64,000 bases of DNA, taken from an uncultured Acidobacteriota bacterium (lineage in GTDB: Bacteria > Acidobacteriota > Thermoanaerobaculia > UBA5066 > Gp7-AA6). Within the stretch, counting starts at the first letter, position 1, and the number at the start of each line of letters is the position of its first letter. The notes beneath the pieces were generated by a model, which was not told the DNA's origin, made no database searches, and saw only the letters and a program-made list of their open reading frames with translations. Below are positions 43,070 to 52,392 of this stretch, in pieces. Both the position numbers and the translations under genes were made by a program. The stretch covers positions 663,504-727,503 of the forward strand of contig CAWJYL010000002.1 of NCBI GenBank assembly GCA_963847075.1, read 5' to 3'.

Positions 43070-44118
43070 GCCGAAGGGGGCCGCGCGCGCTCGCGTGCTT
43101 CCTGCGAGGGCTCAAGCTCTCTCTGTCCAAACCATACCTCGCCGTCGCCCTGTGGCTCATCCAGCTCCTGCTCGCGGCGACCCTGATCCTCCCCATCAGC
43201 AACACCCTGCATTCGCTGCTCGACCGCTCTCCCGCCGCCGACCGGATGGTGGCCAACCCCGACTACGGCTGGTGGGAGACTCTCCGTCGCGTGCATCCCG
43301 ACGTCCTCGGGAATTTTCCCGAGATTGCCACGGGCCTGCTATCCACCGACGGCATTCGCTGGTCCGAGCTGCCCGGCATGCGGGGGGTCGGCGCGACGGC
43401 GTTCTCCCTCGCGCTTCTCGCGATGGTCGTCCACGCCTTCGCACTCGGCGGAACGCTCGGGGTGCTGCGCGAGCCGTCGAGCTCGCTCGTGACCTTCGGC
43501 CGGGAGGGGATGCGGCGCATGCCCGCATTCCTCCTCTTCACCCTGGCGGCCTTCGCAGCGGCGTTCGCCTCGTACCGGTGGATCTACGTCGAGGCGGGCG
43601 AGGCCCTGCGGGATCGCGTGCGGGAACTGCACACCGAGCAGGCGGCCCTCGCCGTCACGGGGCTGCGTCTGGCCGTCCTGCTGTTCGCGCTGGCGGTGAT
43701 CAAGCTGCTCGCCGACTCGGTGCGCACCGTCTGGGTCGCGCGGCCGGACCTTCCACCCGTGTCGCGTTTCTTCTTCGGCGTCGGGGGTGCGGTCGCGCGG
43801 CCGCTGCGCCTCTTTGCGATCCTCGGCATGTACCTCGTACTGACGGCCGCCCTCTACGTCATCTGGCTCTTGCTCGACCCGTCCGCCGGAGGCGAGGCCC
43901 GCTTCGCGCTCGCGCCGCTCATCCTGACGCAGCAGGTCTTCGTCTTCGTCCGGCTGCTGATCAAGATCGGGTACTACGCCGGTATCTCGGAGGCGCTGAC
44001 GCGCCAGCGCTCGCCCGAGTACTCATACGTGGCCGGAGAGACGACGGCGACCCGGTCTTCCCTCGCTCCGAAACTAGCGCCGACCGCCGCGGACGAAGCC
44101 CCTCTCGATCGCGCGTAG
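43063..44118 (+). CDS. polytopic membrane protein, operonic with the M1 peptidase
   Basis: Its start overlaps the peptidase stop by 7 nt. It has multiple hydrophobic helices. Confidence 0.55.
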
Positions 44119-45129
44119 GGCGCCGTCGAAACGCACGCGGTAGACGAAGGGCTGCCGGCGGATGCCATCCGCCCCGCCCGGCTCCCACGGACCCGTGAAC
44201 CACGGCAGGAAGCGCAGGTCCTGCACGATGACCGTCGCGCCCCCGTCGCCCGCCGGATACACCGTTTCGAGCGGGAATCGCGCGAAGGCGAGATAGACGC
44301 CGACGTCGGGAAGCGCCCGAGCCGTCTCGAGCACCGGGGAGTCCGGGGGTCGGTCGTAGCGCCGAATCACCGCCCGCCCGGGCGGCGGGTAGTAGTCCGA
44401 GAGGCTCTTCAGGACTTCGCTCCATTTCTGCGGCGGACGCGGGTCGCCCGCGCCCCGGGCGAAAGGACCGATGTCGAAGAACGCGACATGGATCTCCCGG
44501 GGGAGTTCGGAGAGCCCGAGCCAACGGAACGGCGACAGGAACTGCGGCAGCACCGCCACCTTCGAGCCGGGAGGCGGGTTGTCCATGCGCTTCCAGGCTT
44601 CGAGCGCGCGGGCGTGGAGGACCGCACACGTCGCGACATAGGCCCCGAGCAAGACCGCGCCCGCGACCGCGATGCGTCGCCCGCGCTCCCGGAACACCAG
44701 TGCGAGAACGAGGGTCGCGAGCGAGATTCCGGTGAAGAAGGGGTCCAGGATGAACACCCAGTCGAGCGAGTACCGCTGCCGGGAAAGAGGCGTCCAGAAC
44801 ATCGTGCCGAAGCTCGTGATCCAGTCGAACACGATGTGCGTCGCCAGGCCGATGCCCGAGAAGAGCCAGAGCGTCGTCAGGCGCGCGCGCCGCAGGAATA
44901 GCCGGGCCACCAGGGCGATGCCGAGGGCCAGAAACGGCAGGACGAGAAACGAGTGCGTCCAGCTACGATGGTCGCGCAGGTACTCGAGCCGGCTCGAGAA
45001 AAAGATGAAATCGAGATCGGGAACCATGGCCGCGATCGCCCCGACCCAAAACGCCGCCTTCGCGCCCGGCCGATCGGCGAAAGGGCGCGTCAGAACGGAT
45101 CCGGCGATTCCATGGGTGATCGTGTCCAC
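44074..45129 (-). CDS. membrane-bound metal-dependent hydrolase (YdjM / DUF457 family) with C-terminal extension
   Basis: MDTITHGIAGSVL...HRSWTHSFL is the DUF457 signature. Confidence 0.65.
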   Translation of the reverse strand: MDTITHGIAGSVLTRPFADRPGAKAAFWVGAIAAMVPDLDFIFFSSRLEYLRDHRSWTHSFLVLPFLALGIALVARLFLRRARLTTLWLFSGIGLATHIVFDWITSFGTMFWTPLSRQRYSLDWVFILDPFFTGISLATLVLALVFRERGRRIAVAGAVLLGAYVATCAVLHARALEAWKRMDNPPPGSKVAVLPQFLSPFRWLGLSELPREIHVAFFDIGPFARGAGDPRPPQKWSEVLKSLSDYYPPPGRAVIRRYDRPPDSPVLETARALPDVGVYLAFARFPLETVYPAGDGGATVIVQDLRFLPWFTGPWEPGGADGIRRQPFVYRVRFDGALRAIERGFVRGGRR

Positions 45130-45186
45130 GCGAAGGCGGATGATACATTTGAGAAGCTGACGACTCTCAGCCGTCGGCGATCACTC

Positions 45187-45906
45187 ATGGCGGATCAGTC
45201 GCTCGGTGGAAAGGTCGCGCTCCTGACCGGGGCGTCCTCGGGCCTCGGGCGGGCGTTCGCCCATGCCCTGGCCCGTGCGGGCGCCACGGTCTTCCTCGTC
45301 GCCCGGCGCGAGGACAAGCTCCGCGACGTCGTTCGCGAGATTACCGAAGCCGGGGGTGATGCCGCATACCATGTCGCCGACCTGCGCGTCGTGCCTGCGC
45401 TCTACGACCTCGTGGACGTCGTGCTGTCGCGCCACAAGCGCCTCGACGTGCTGATCAACAATGCCGGTCTCGGATACCGCTCGCCGCTCTCCGAGACGAA
45501 GCGGTCGGAGATCGCCGCGATGCTCGAGACCGACCTCGCGGCCGCGATCTACCTCACACAGGCCTGTCTGCACGCGTTGCTTCGCAGTGCGCCATCCGAC
45601 GTCGTCAACATCTCCTCGATCGCCGGCCTCGAAGGGTTCGCGGAAGGAACAGTCTACTGCGCGGCCAAGGCGGGGCTCGTCGGCTTTACCCGAGCCCTCG
45701 CCGCGGAGCTCAAACCCGCGAACATCCGGGTGACCGCGATCTGCCCCGGCTCCGTCGATACCGATTTCTTCGACCGATACCGGCCGACGCTCGAGCGGAC
45801 GCAGATGCTGCAGACCGACGACGTGGTCCGCGCCCTCCTCTACGTGCTCGCGTCGCCGCCCGATGTCGTCCACGGCGAGATCGTTCTGCGCCCGCGCGTC
45901 GTGTGA
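45187..45906 (+). CDS. SDR-family oxidoreductase
   Basis: It has TGASSGLG plus a catalytic YxxxK region. Confidence 0.85.
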   Translation: MADQSLGGKVALLTGASSGLGRAFAHALARAGATVFLVARREDKLRDVVREITEAGGDAAYHVADLRVVPALYDLVDVVLSRHKRLDVLINNAGLGYRSPLSETKRSEIAAMLETDLAAAIYLTQACLHALLRSAPSDVVNISSIAGLEGFAEGTVYCAAKAGLVGFTRALAAELKPANIRVTAICPGSVDTDFFDRYRPTLERTQMLQTDDVVRALLYVLASPPDVVHGEIVLRPRVV

Positions 45907-45941
45907 CCCCGATCTCCAACCGTATAATCCCGGACGCGCAA

Positions 45942-46628
45942 ATGCCCTCCATCCTTCTCGTCGACGATCAGGGGCTCTTTCGGGGAGCGGCCGAAGAGGT
46001 CCTCGCGCGGACCGGCTGCCAGACGCTGACCGCATCGGGGGGAACCGAGGCTCTCGACGTCGCACGCCGCGAGAAGCCGCAACTCGTCGTGGTCAACGCC
46101 GGCATGACCCGCATGACGGGCCTCGATCTGTGCCGGGTCCTCAAGGCCGATCCGGCGTTCGCAAAGACGCCGATCGTCGTGGTCGGGCCGCCGGGGGCCG
46201 AAGAGGCCGCACTCCGCGTCGGGGCGGACGCCACCCTGTCCCTTCCGCTCGACCCGGAATCGTTCTTTGCGGTCGTGCGCCGTTTCCTGCAGGTCCTTCC
46301 TCGCGAGGAGGCGCGGTCCGCGGTGGAATGGTCGATCACCTTCTGGCGGGACGGGATGCAGCACGCAGGCACGATCCGCGACCTCTCGCGCGGAGGCTTC
46401 TTCGTGAAGACGCCGGTCCGGCAGCCGATCGGCGCCCGTCTCGAAGTCTCCTTCGACGTGCCGGTGGAGCGGGGCGTCCGAACGGTGGTCGCGGAAGCCA
46501 TCGTCGTGCGCCTCGGCCGGGACAACGACCGGGGGCTCGGCTGCCGCTTCTTCCAGCTCTCCGCGGGCTCGCGCGGCCACCTCGAGGAGTGCCTGCGCAT
46601 CCTCGCTCTCGGCGACGTCCCGGCATAG
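45942..46628 (+). CDS. response-regulator-like protein: degenerate receiver domain fused to a PilZ (c-di-GMP-binding) domain
   Basis: The receiver has LLVDDQ, but the phospho-acceptor position reads VVVNAGM (Asn in place of Asp). The PilZ motifs are REEAR and RDLSRGGF. Confidence 0.65.
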   Translation: MPSILLVDDQGLFRGAAEEVLARTGCQTLTASGGTEALDVARREKPQLVVVNAGMTRMTGLDLCRVLKADPAFAKTPIVVVGPPGAEEAALRVGADATLSLPLDPESFFAVVRRFLQVLPREEARSAVEWSITFWRDGMQHAGTIRDLSRGGFFVKTPVRQPIGARLEVSFDVPVERGVRTVVAEAIVVRLGRDNDRGLGCRFFQLSAGSRGHLEECLRILALGDVPA

Positions 46629-46684
46629 CCGTAGCGGCCGTGCGGCTCGCGCCCTGCCGAATCAAGTCCGGGATCCTTCGCGAC

Positions 46685-46722
46685 GCTCAGGATGACGAGC
46701 TTCGTCGGCCCTCATCCTGAGG
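46685..46722. terminator. hairpin between the convergent REC-PilZ and dCMP deaminase genes (possible bidirectional terminator)
   Basis: The stem is gctcaggatga / tcatcctgagg. Confidence 0.35.
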
Positions 46723-46749
46723 AGCGCAGCGACGACCGATGACTGACCC

Positions 46750-47187
46750 CTACTTCGCGGCGGTGGCCAGGTCGATGAGCTCGATGCCGGCGTCGCGGGC
46801 GACCTGGATCGAGCGCTCGTCGCGGTAGAACTCTCCGTAATACACGCGCACGAGGCTCGAGTTCGCGATGAGCTTGAAGCAGGGCCAACATGGGCTGGCC
46901 GTCGTGTAGATCTCGGCGCCCCCGATCGACACGCCGTTCTTTGCGGCCTGGATGATCGCGTTGGCCTCGGCGTGGACCGTGGCCACGCAGTGCCCGTCCT
47001 CCATGAGGCAGCCGACATCCGAGCAGTGCGGAAGGCCGCGGATCGAGCCGTTGTAGCCGGTCGAAAGGATCGTACGGTCGCGCACGATGACGGCGCCGAC
47101 GTGTTTGCGGGGGCACGTCGAGCGCGTCGACACCTGCCGCGCGATGTTCATGAAGTACGTGTGCCAGTCGACGCGCCGCTCGTTCAT
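46750..47187 (-). CDS. dCMP deaminase (CMP/dCMP-type zinc deaminase)
   Basis: It has HAEANAI and SPCWPCFKLI. Confidence 0.85.
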   Translation of the reverse strand: MNERRVDWHTYFMNIARQVSTRSTCPRKHVGAVIVRDRTILSTGYNGSIRGLPHCSDVGCLMEDGHCVATVHAEANAIIQAAKNGVSIGGAEIYTTASPCWPCFKLIANSSLVRVYYGEFYRDERSIQVARDAGIELIDLATAAK

Positions 47188-47277
47188 CGGGGCGATTATG
47201 CCCGAGCTGTCAACACGGCCGCCGCCAGAACCGGACGAAACGCCCGCCGCGGCCGGTGGCTATGTCACAATCCCGCC

Positions 47278-48504
47278 GTGAATCGAGGTCGCCGCGTCGT
47301 CATCACGGGAATGGGAGCCGTCACGGCGGTCGGGCGGAGCCTGGAGGAGTCCTGGCGCAACATGCTCTCCGGCGTGTGCGGAATCCGGCCGCTCTCGCTC
47401 TTCGACCCGGCCGCGTATCGCACGCAGACCGCCGCCGAGGTCACCGACATCCCGGACGGCTTCCTCGCTCCGGCCGAGCGCCGGCGCATGTCCCGTGCCG
47501 ATCGCATGGGAGTGGCGGCCGCCCGCGAGGCCATCGAGGCAGCCGGCCTCGACATCGGGCGCGAGGACCCGACCCGCCTGGGCGTGATCCTCGGGGGCGG
47601 GACGTCGGGGCTCATCGACTCGGAGGCGTTCTTCGAGCTCTATCTCCGGGGAAAGAAGGCGCGGCCCTCCCGAGTTCTCAACCATCTCCCCGACTCGATT
47701 ACCGACCGGGTCGCGCAGCGCTTCGGCCTGGAGGGCATCAAGTCCACGATCACGACCGCCTGCTCCTCCTCGGCCAACGCCATGGGGTACGCCTTCGATG
47801 CCATCGCGGCGGGCCTCGCGGACGTCGTCGTGACCGGCGGATCGGACGTCCTCGCGCGGCTGACTTACGGCGGCTTCAACTCGCTGCGCTCGGTCGACCC
47901 GGATCCCTGCCGGCCCTTCGACCGGGAGCGCAAGGGGCTCTCGATCGGTGAGGCGGCCGGCATCCTCGTGTTCGAGGAGGCCGGGCGGGCTCGCCGCCGG
48001 GGGGCGGCGATCGTGGCCGAGTTTCGCGGCTACGGAGTGACCTCGGACGCGTACCACATGACGGCTCCCGATCCTTCGGGATCGGCCGGTGGCCGCACGA
48101 TTGCCGCCGCGCTCGTCAATGCCGGCGTCAACGCCGGCGACGTGGACTACGTCAACGCGCACGGCACCGCGACGCCGCAGAACGACTCCGCCGAAACCGC
48201 CGCGCTCAAGGCCGCGCTCGGCGCCCGCGCGCGCGCGATTCCGGTCTCCTCGATCAAATCCATGATCGGGCACTGTCTCTGTTCCTCGGGAGCGATCGAG
48301 GCGGTGGCGACCGCACTGACGGTGCGAGACGGAAAGGTTCCGCCCACGATCCACTACGAGCATCCGGATCCCGCCTGCGACCTCGACTACGTGCCCAACG
48401 CGGCGCGCGACCTCCCGGTCGGCGTGGCCCTCTCGAATTCGTTCGCCTTCGGCGGCAACAGCTCAGTGGTCGTGCTCTCGCGGTACGACGCCTCACGGGG
48501 TTGA
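47278..48504 (+). CDS. fabF: beta-ketoacyl-ACP synthase II-like ketosynthase
   Basis: The active site is TACSSS, with NAHGTATPQND and GHCLCSSG. It has a GTG start. Confidence 0.85.
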   Translation: MNRGRRVVITGMGAVTAVGRSLEESWRNMLSGVCGIRPLSLFDPAAYRTQTAAEVTDIPDGFLAPAERRRMSRADRMGVAAAREAIEAAGLDIGREDPTRLGVILGGGTSGLIDSEAFFELYLRGKKARPSRVLNHLPDSITDRVAQRFGLEGIKSTITTACSSSANAMGYAFDAIAAGLADVVVTGGSDVLARLTYGGFNSLRSVDPDPCRPFDRERKGLSIGEAAGILVFEEAGRARRRGAAIVAEFRGYGVTSDAYHMTAPDPSGSAGGRTIAAALVNAGVNAGDVDYVNAHGTATPQNDSAETAALKAALGARARAIPVSSIKSMIGHCLCSSGAIEAVATALTVRDGKVPPTIHYEHPDPACDLDYVPNAARDLPVGVALSNSFAFGGNSSVVVLSRYDASRG

Positions 48505-49613
48505 TGGCGTCGCGCGGGGTCGTCACGGGGACCGGCGCCGTCTCGGCCCTGGGACGCACGGCATCGGACTTCTACCGGAGACTGATCTCCGGAGAAACCG
48601 CGATCCGGCCCTTTGCGCCGCAGGAACGGGGCGACCTGCACGCCACGCACGTCGCGCGCTACGACGGATTCTCGCCGCAGCCCGAGATTCCCGCGATGAA
48701 GGCGCGGCGGCTCGATCGCGGCAGCCAGTTCGCTCTCATCGCATGCATGCAGGCCGTGGCCGAGGCGGGCTATCGAATCGAGGAGTCGCCCGAGGCGATT
48801 GGCATCGCGATGGGCACCGGCTCGGCAGGCGCCGGGGCGCTGACGGAATTCCTGCGCGTGCTCATCCTCGAGTCCCCCGAAGCCGCTCCCCCGTTCCACT
48901 TTCCGAATACGGTCGCCAATGCGCCGGCCTCGCAGGCTTCGATCGAGCTCAAGATCTACGGGCCCAACGTCACGATCACACAGAAGGACCCGTCCGCGTT
49001 GAACGCCCTTCTCTACGCGACCCTCGCGCTTTCCTCGGGTCGGGCCCGGGCGATGATCGCCGGTGCGGTCGACGAGTGGAACTTCTACTACGCCATGGGA
49101 TTCGACCGGGTCGGCGCCTTGCGCGGCGAGAAACGGGACTCCGGGATCGTCCAGGGCGAGGGGGCCTTCGTCATCCTGCTCGAGACGGAGGAGAGCGCCC
49201 ACTCGCGCGGCGCCCGGTCGCTTGCGCGCCTGGCAGGCATCGCCACGGCGGGCGTCGCGTCGGAGCCGTACCGATTCGCCCCGGACCGCGGAGCGATCGC
49301 CCGCGCGATTCGCGGCGCGCTCGACGACGCCGGCGTGCGGCCGGCCGACATCGGTCTCTGGCTCTCCTCGCGCGACGGCGTGGCGGAGATGGACCGGGCC
49401 GAGGCCGAGGTCATGCACTCGATCTTCGGGCAGACGCTGCCCCGTGAGATTGCGATCAAGGACGCGATCGGGGAGATGGCGGCCGCCGGCGGCGCCCAGC
49501 TCGTCGCCGCCACCTGCGCCCTCGCGGAGGGCGGGACGGCCCGGCGCGCTCTGGTCAATTCCTTCGGCGCGGGGGGCAACTTTCTCTGCGCCGTTTTCGA
49601 GTCGGCCGCGTGA
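48501..49613 (+). CDS. ketosynthase-like protein lacking catalytic residues (Cys->Gln; chain-length-factor / KS-beta-like)
   Basis: The Cys position reads VTITQKDPSA instead of TACxxS, and both catalytic His positions are substituted. The ATGA start overlaps the fabF-like stop. Confidence 0.8.
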   Translation: MMASRGVVTGTGAVSALGRTASDFYRRLISGETAIRPFAPQERGDLHATHVARYDGFSPQPEIPAMKARRLDRGSQFALIACMQAVAEAGYRIEESPEAIGIAMGTGSAGAGALTEFLRVLILESPEAAPPFHFPNTVANAPASQASIELKIYGPNVTITQKDPSALNALLYATLALSSGRARAMIAGAVDEWNFYYAMGFDRVGALRGEKRDSGIVQGEGAFVILLETEESAHSRGARSLARLAGIATAGVASEPYRFAPDRGAIARAIRGALDDAGVRPADIGLWLSSRDGVAEMDRAEAEVMHSIFGQTLPREIAIKDAIGEMAAAGGAQLVAATCALAEGGTARRALVNSFGAGGNFLCAVFESAA

Positions 49614-50080
49614 TGGGGGCGAGAATCCGGCCGGCCGATCCGCTGCAGGGCCTGACCATCGCGATCCCGGTGCGGTTTGCCGAGTGTGATCCGTACGGCG
49701 TCGTGTGGCACGGGCACTACGTCCTCTATCTCGAGCAGGCGCGCGAGGCTCTGACCGGAAAGTTCGGCTTCACCGCGGCCCGCGCGCTCGAAATGGGCTA
49801 CCGGGTGCCGGTGACACGGATGGAGCTGAAGTACCGGGCGCCGGCCCGGCCGGACCAAACGATCCATGTGACGGCCCGGCTGCAGGCGCCCGCGGTGGCA
49901 CGGTTCGTGATGGATTACGAGATCCGCGCCGACGGCGGGGAGCTGCTCGCCTCGGCGGTGACGGAGCAGGTCGTGATCAACGCCGCGGGTGAGCTTCTCC
50001 TGACCTTGCCGGCCGGCCTGCGGGCCCTCTGCGCGTCGATCCTGGAGTTCCAGGAGTCGCTCGGCGGCGCCGTTCGATGA
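49613..50080 (+). CDS. hotdog-fold acyl-CoA/ACP thioesterase (4HBT / YbgC-like)
   Basis: It has FAECDPYGVVWHGHYVLYLEQA. Its TGATG start overlaps the previous stop. Confidence 0.75.
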   Translation: MGARIRPADPLQGLTIAIPVRFAECDPYGVVWHGHYVLYLEQAREALTGKFGFTAARALEMGYRVPVTRMELKYRAPARPDQTIHVTARLQAPAVARFVMDYEIRADGGELLASAVTEQVVINAAGELLLTLPAGLRALCASILEFQESLGGAVR

Positions 50081-50634
50081 CGGCACCTCGCGCCTCTGCA
50101 GCCTCGAACCGCCGATCCGTCTTCTTCCTCCTCCGCTTCGTGGCGCTGCTCGTCGCCTTCTACTCCGTCGTCGCGTCCCGCCCGGTCAACGACGCCGTCA
50201 TCGTGCCTTTCACGGCGGGCGTGGCTCGCGCCTCCGCGGCGGTTCTCACCGCCTTCGGCGAAAAGGTCTCGGTGGCCGGGACGGAGATTCGATCCAGCCT
50301 CTTCACCGTCAACATCGAGAACGGCTGCAACGGCGTCGAGACGGCGCTGCTCTTCGGGTCGGCGGTAATTGCATTTCCCGCGCCATGGCCCTGGCGGCTC
50401 GGCGGACTTGCGGCGGGCTTTGCCGCGATCCAGGCGGTCAACCTCGTGCGCGTGGTGTCGCTCTTCTGGATCGGCGCCCATCGTCCCAGGTTCTTCTCGT
50501 CCTCGCACACGGTCCTCTGGCAGTCGATCGTCGTGCTGTGCGGCGTGCTGCTCTTTCTCGCCTGGGCGTCGCGGGTGCAGAAAGCCGGCGCCGCCGAGAG
50601 CGCCCGGGACCATGGCTCGCGCGAAAAGAGCTGA
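50077..50634 (+). CDS. polytopic membrane protein with exosortase-like Cys...Arg motif (tentative)
   Basis: It has about 5 TM helices, an NGCNG motif, and AVNLVRVV about 39 residues later. Its ATGA start overlaps the thioesterase stop. Confidence 0.55.
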   Translation: MTAPRASAASNRRSVFFLLRFVALLVAFYSVVASRPVNDAVIVPFTAGVARASAAVLTAFGEKVSVAGTEIRSSLFTVNIENGCNGVETALLFGSAVIAFPAPWPWRLGGLAAGFAAIQAVNLVRVVSLFWIGAHRPRFFSSSHTVLWQSIVVLCGVLLFLAWASRVQKAGAAESARDHGSREKS

Positions 50635-51214
50635 GCCGCCCGCCCGGGCGTTCCGGAAGGTGGATGGGCGCGCCGCGCTGCGTCTGGCCGCCGGATTCGC
50701 CGCCGGCCTGGCGTTCTGGTTCGCCTTCTCCGCGCCCTACGAGAGAGGTCTCGCGTCGGCGGCGGAGGTCCTGCTGCGGCTCTTCGAGAGCCCGGCGGTC
50801 ACGACGCTCTCGGCGTCGGACGGAGAGATTTGGGTCGAACGGTCGGACTTCCCGCCCGCTTCCCCCCGCCCCGGCCTGCCCGCGGCCGACATCGACTTCA
50901 ACTTCGCGCAGCTCACTGCACTCTTCGCGCTGACACCCCGCCCTCTCGGCGCGCGGCGCTTCGGACGATTCTGGCTCGCCGCGGCCGCGCTCGCCGTGAT
51001 CCACGTTCTGGCGCTCGTCTGCCAGGTCGAGTCGCTCTACGCCACGAGCCTCGGTCCGTGGAGCGAGGCGCACTATGGTCCGATCGCCCGAAACCTCTGG
51101 GCGGCGGCGTTCCATTTCTACCTGGTCGCTGGCCGTTTCGCGGCGCCGTTTGCGCTGTGGTGGGGGCTGAGCAATTTCGAACTTCGAAATTCGAAATTCG
51201 AATTTGGGCGCTAG
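50612..51214 (+). CDS. membrane protein, last gene of the KS operon
   Basis: It overlaps the preceding gene by 23 nt and has 3-4 hydrophobic helices. Confidence 0.5.
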   Translation: MARAKRAEPPARAFRKVDGRAALRLAAGFAAGLAFWFAFSAPYERGLASAAEVLLRLFESPAVTTLSASDGEIWVERSDFPPASPRPGLPAADIDFNFAQLTALFALTPRPLGARRFGRFWLAAAALAVIHVLALVCQVESLYATSLGPWSEAHYGPIARNLWAAAFHFYLVAGRFAAPFALWWGLSNFELRNSKFEFGR

Positions 51215-52296
51215 TGCCGTCCCCGCTCTCGCCTCAAGTACCGATAGTCCGGAATCGCGAACTCCTTCAACTTTGCGATCAGCGACCCGCGGGAAATGTT
51301 GAGCACCTGGGCGCCGCGGCTCTGGTTGCCTTCCACGCGACGCATTGCGCGATCGATGACCTCGCGCTCCACGGTCTCGACAATCTTCTTCAGGTCGTCC
51401 GTCGAACGCAGCACGGTCTCCGCCGGACCTGCCTCCGGAGCGGCCGTCACCGGAACCTCCTGCGTCACGCGGACCGCCGGCTCGGCCGCCTCGGGTTCCG
51501 CGCCCATACGGGCGAACGCGATTCCGGCCACCTGGACGAGCTCCTCGAGAAAAAGCACCGCTCGCGCCGCCAGGCGCGGCGACTCGCGCAGCACGATTCC
51601 GGTCCGCCCCGCGCCTTCGGGCGCCGGCTCGACGAGAAGCGTCAGGACTCCCGTGACCGTCTCCGCGCGAGCCAGGCGCTCGCCGCCGCGGATCTCCTGG
51701 ATCATCCTCGGTGGAAGCATCGGGTTCTCGCGAAACGTCGACGCGATCGGCCGGAACCCCGAGGACGCCGAGAACTCGCCGACTGCCCACTCGGAGGGCG
51801 ATAGCTCGCGGTCGAGAAAGTCGGTCAGCGCGGTGGCCAGGTCCTCCAGCGACCGGGCTTCCCGGCAAAGACGGTTCGCGGCCAGCCTCAGCCCGCGATA
51901 TTCGACCTCGGTAACCGGAAGCGCCGGGGCCGACGCCGTGGAAGGCGCCGACTCGGCCAGGTCGTCCTGCGGGAACTCGCCGACCGGCGTGGGCCGCATC
52001 GAGGGGCCGACGTCGACGACGGTAATCGTCGCCTCTCCGATGGTGATCCGGTCGCCGGCCGCGATGGCTCCTCCGAAGAACTCGCGGCCGTTGACCTGAA
52101 CGGCACCGATGCCCCGGAAGAGGTCGAGGTGGTACGCGCCTTCCCTTTCGAGCAGACGAAGGTGACGGCCATACACGCCCCGGGCGCGCACCACGACCTC
52201 GTTGCCCGAGGACGCGCCGACCGTGGCGCTGTCTCCGGCCACGCGATGCATTTCGGCGCCGGTTCCCGGGCGCCTGCGGACTTCGAGTGTCAACAT
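51211..52296 (-). CDS. FHA-domain protein with C-terminal Fis-type HTH (no AAA+ domain)
   Basis: The N-terminal FHA domain reads GNEVVVRARGVYGRHLRLL...GAVQVNGREF...GDRITIG. The C-terminus has QSRGAQVLNISRGSLIAKLKEF. Confidence 0.75.
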   Translation of the reverse strand: MLTLEVRRRPGTGAEMHRVAGDSATVGASSGNEVVVRARGVYGRHLRLLEREGAYHLDLFRGIGAVQVNGREFFGGAIAAGDRITIGEATITVVDVGPSMRPTPVGEFPQDDLAESAPSTASAPALPVTEVEYRGLRLAANRLCREARSLEDLATALTDFLDRELSPSEWAVGEFSASSGFRPIASTFRENPMLPPRMIQEIRGGERLARAETVTGVLTLLVEPAPEGAGRTGIVLRESPRLAARAVLFLEELVQVAGIAFARMGAEPEAAEPAVRVTQEVPVTAAPEAGPAETVLRSTDDLKKIVETVEREVIDRAMRRVEGNQSRGAQVLNISRGSLIAKLKEFAIPDYRYLRRERGRH

Positions 52297-52392
52297 CGTG
52301 AAGATTCCCCCGACTCCTGCCGAACCTTACACACTTCCCGGAGCAAATCGCAAGATTTCTTCACAATTCCCGAAAGCGACCGCGGGTCAGCC

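Noticed and set aside
47278-51214. Calling the KS/CLF/TE operon an aryl-polyene or type II PKS cluster
   Set aside because: The KS + CLF(Q) + thioesterase core fits, but no ACP, KR, DH or cyclase genes are present in the window. It is left as an uncharacterised module.
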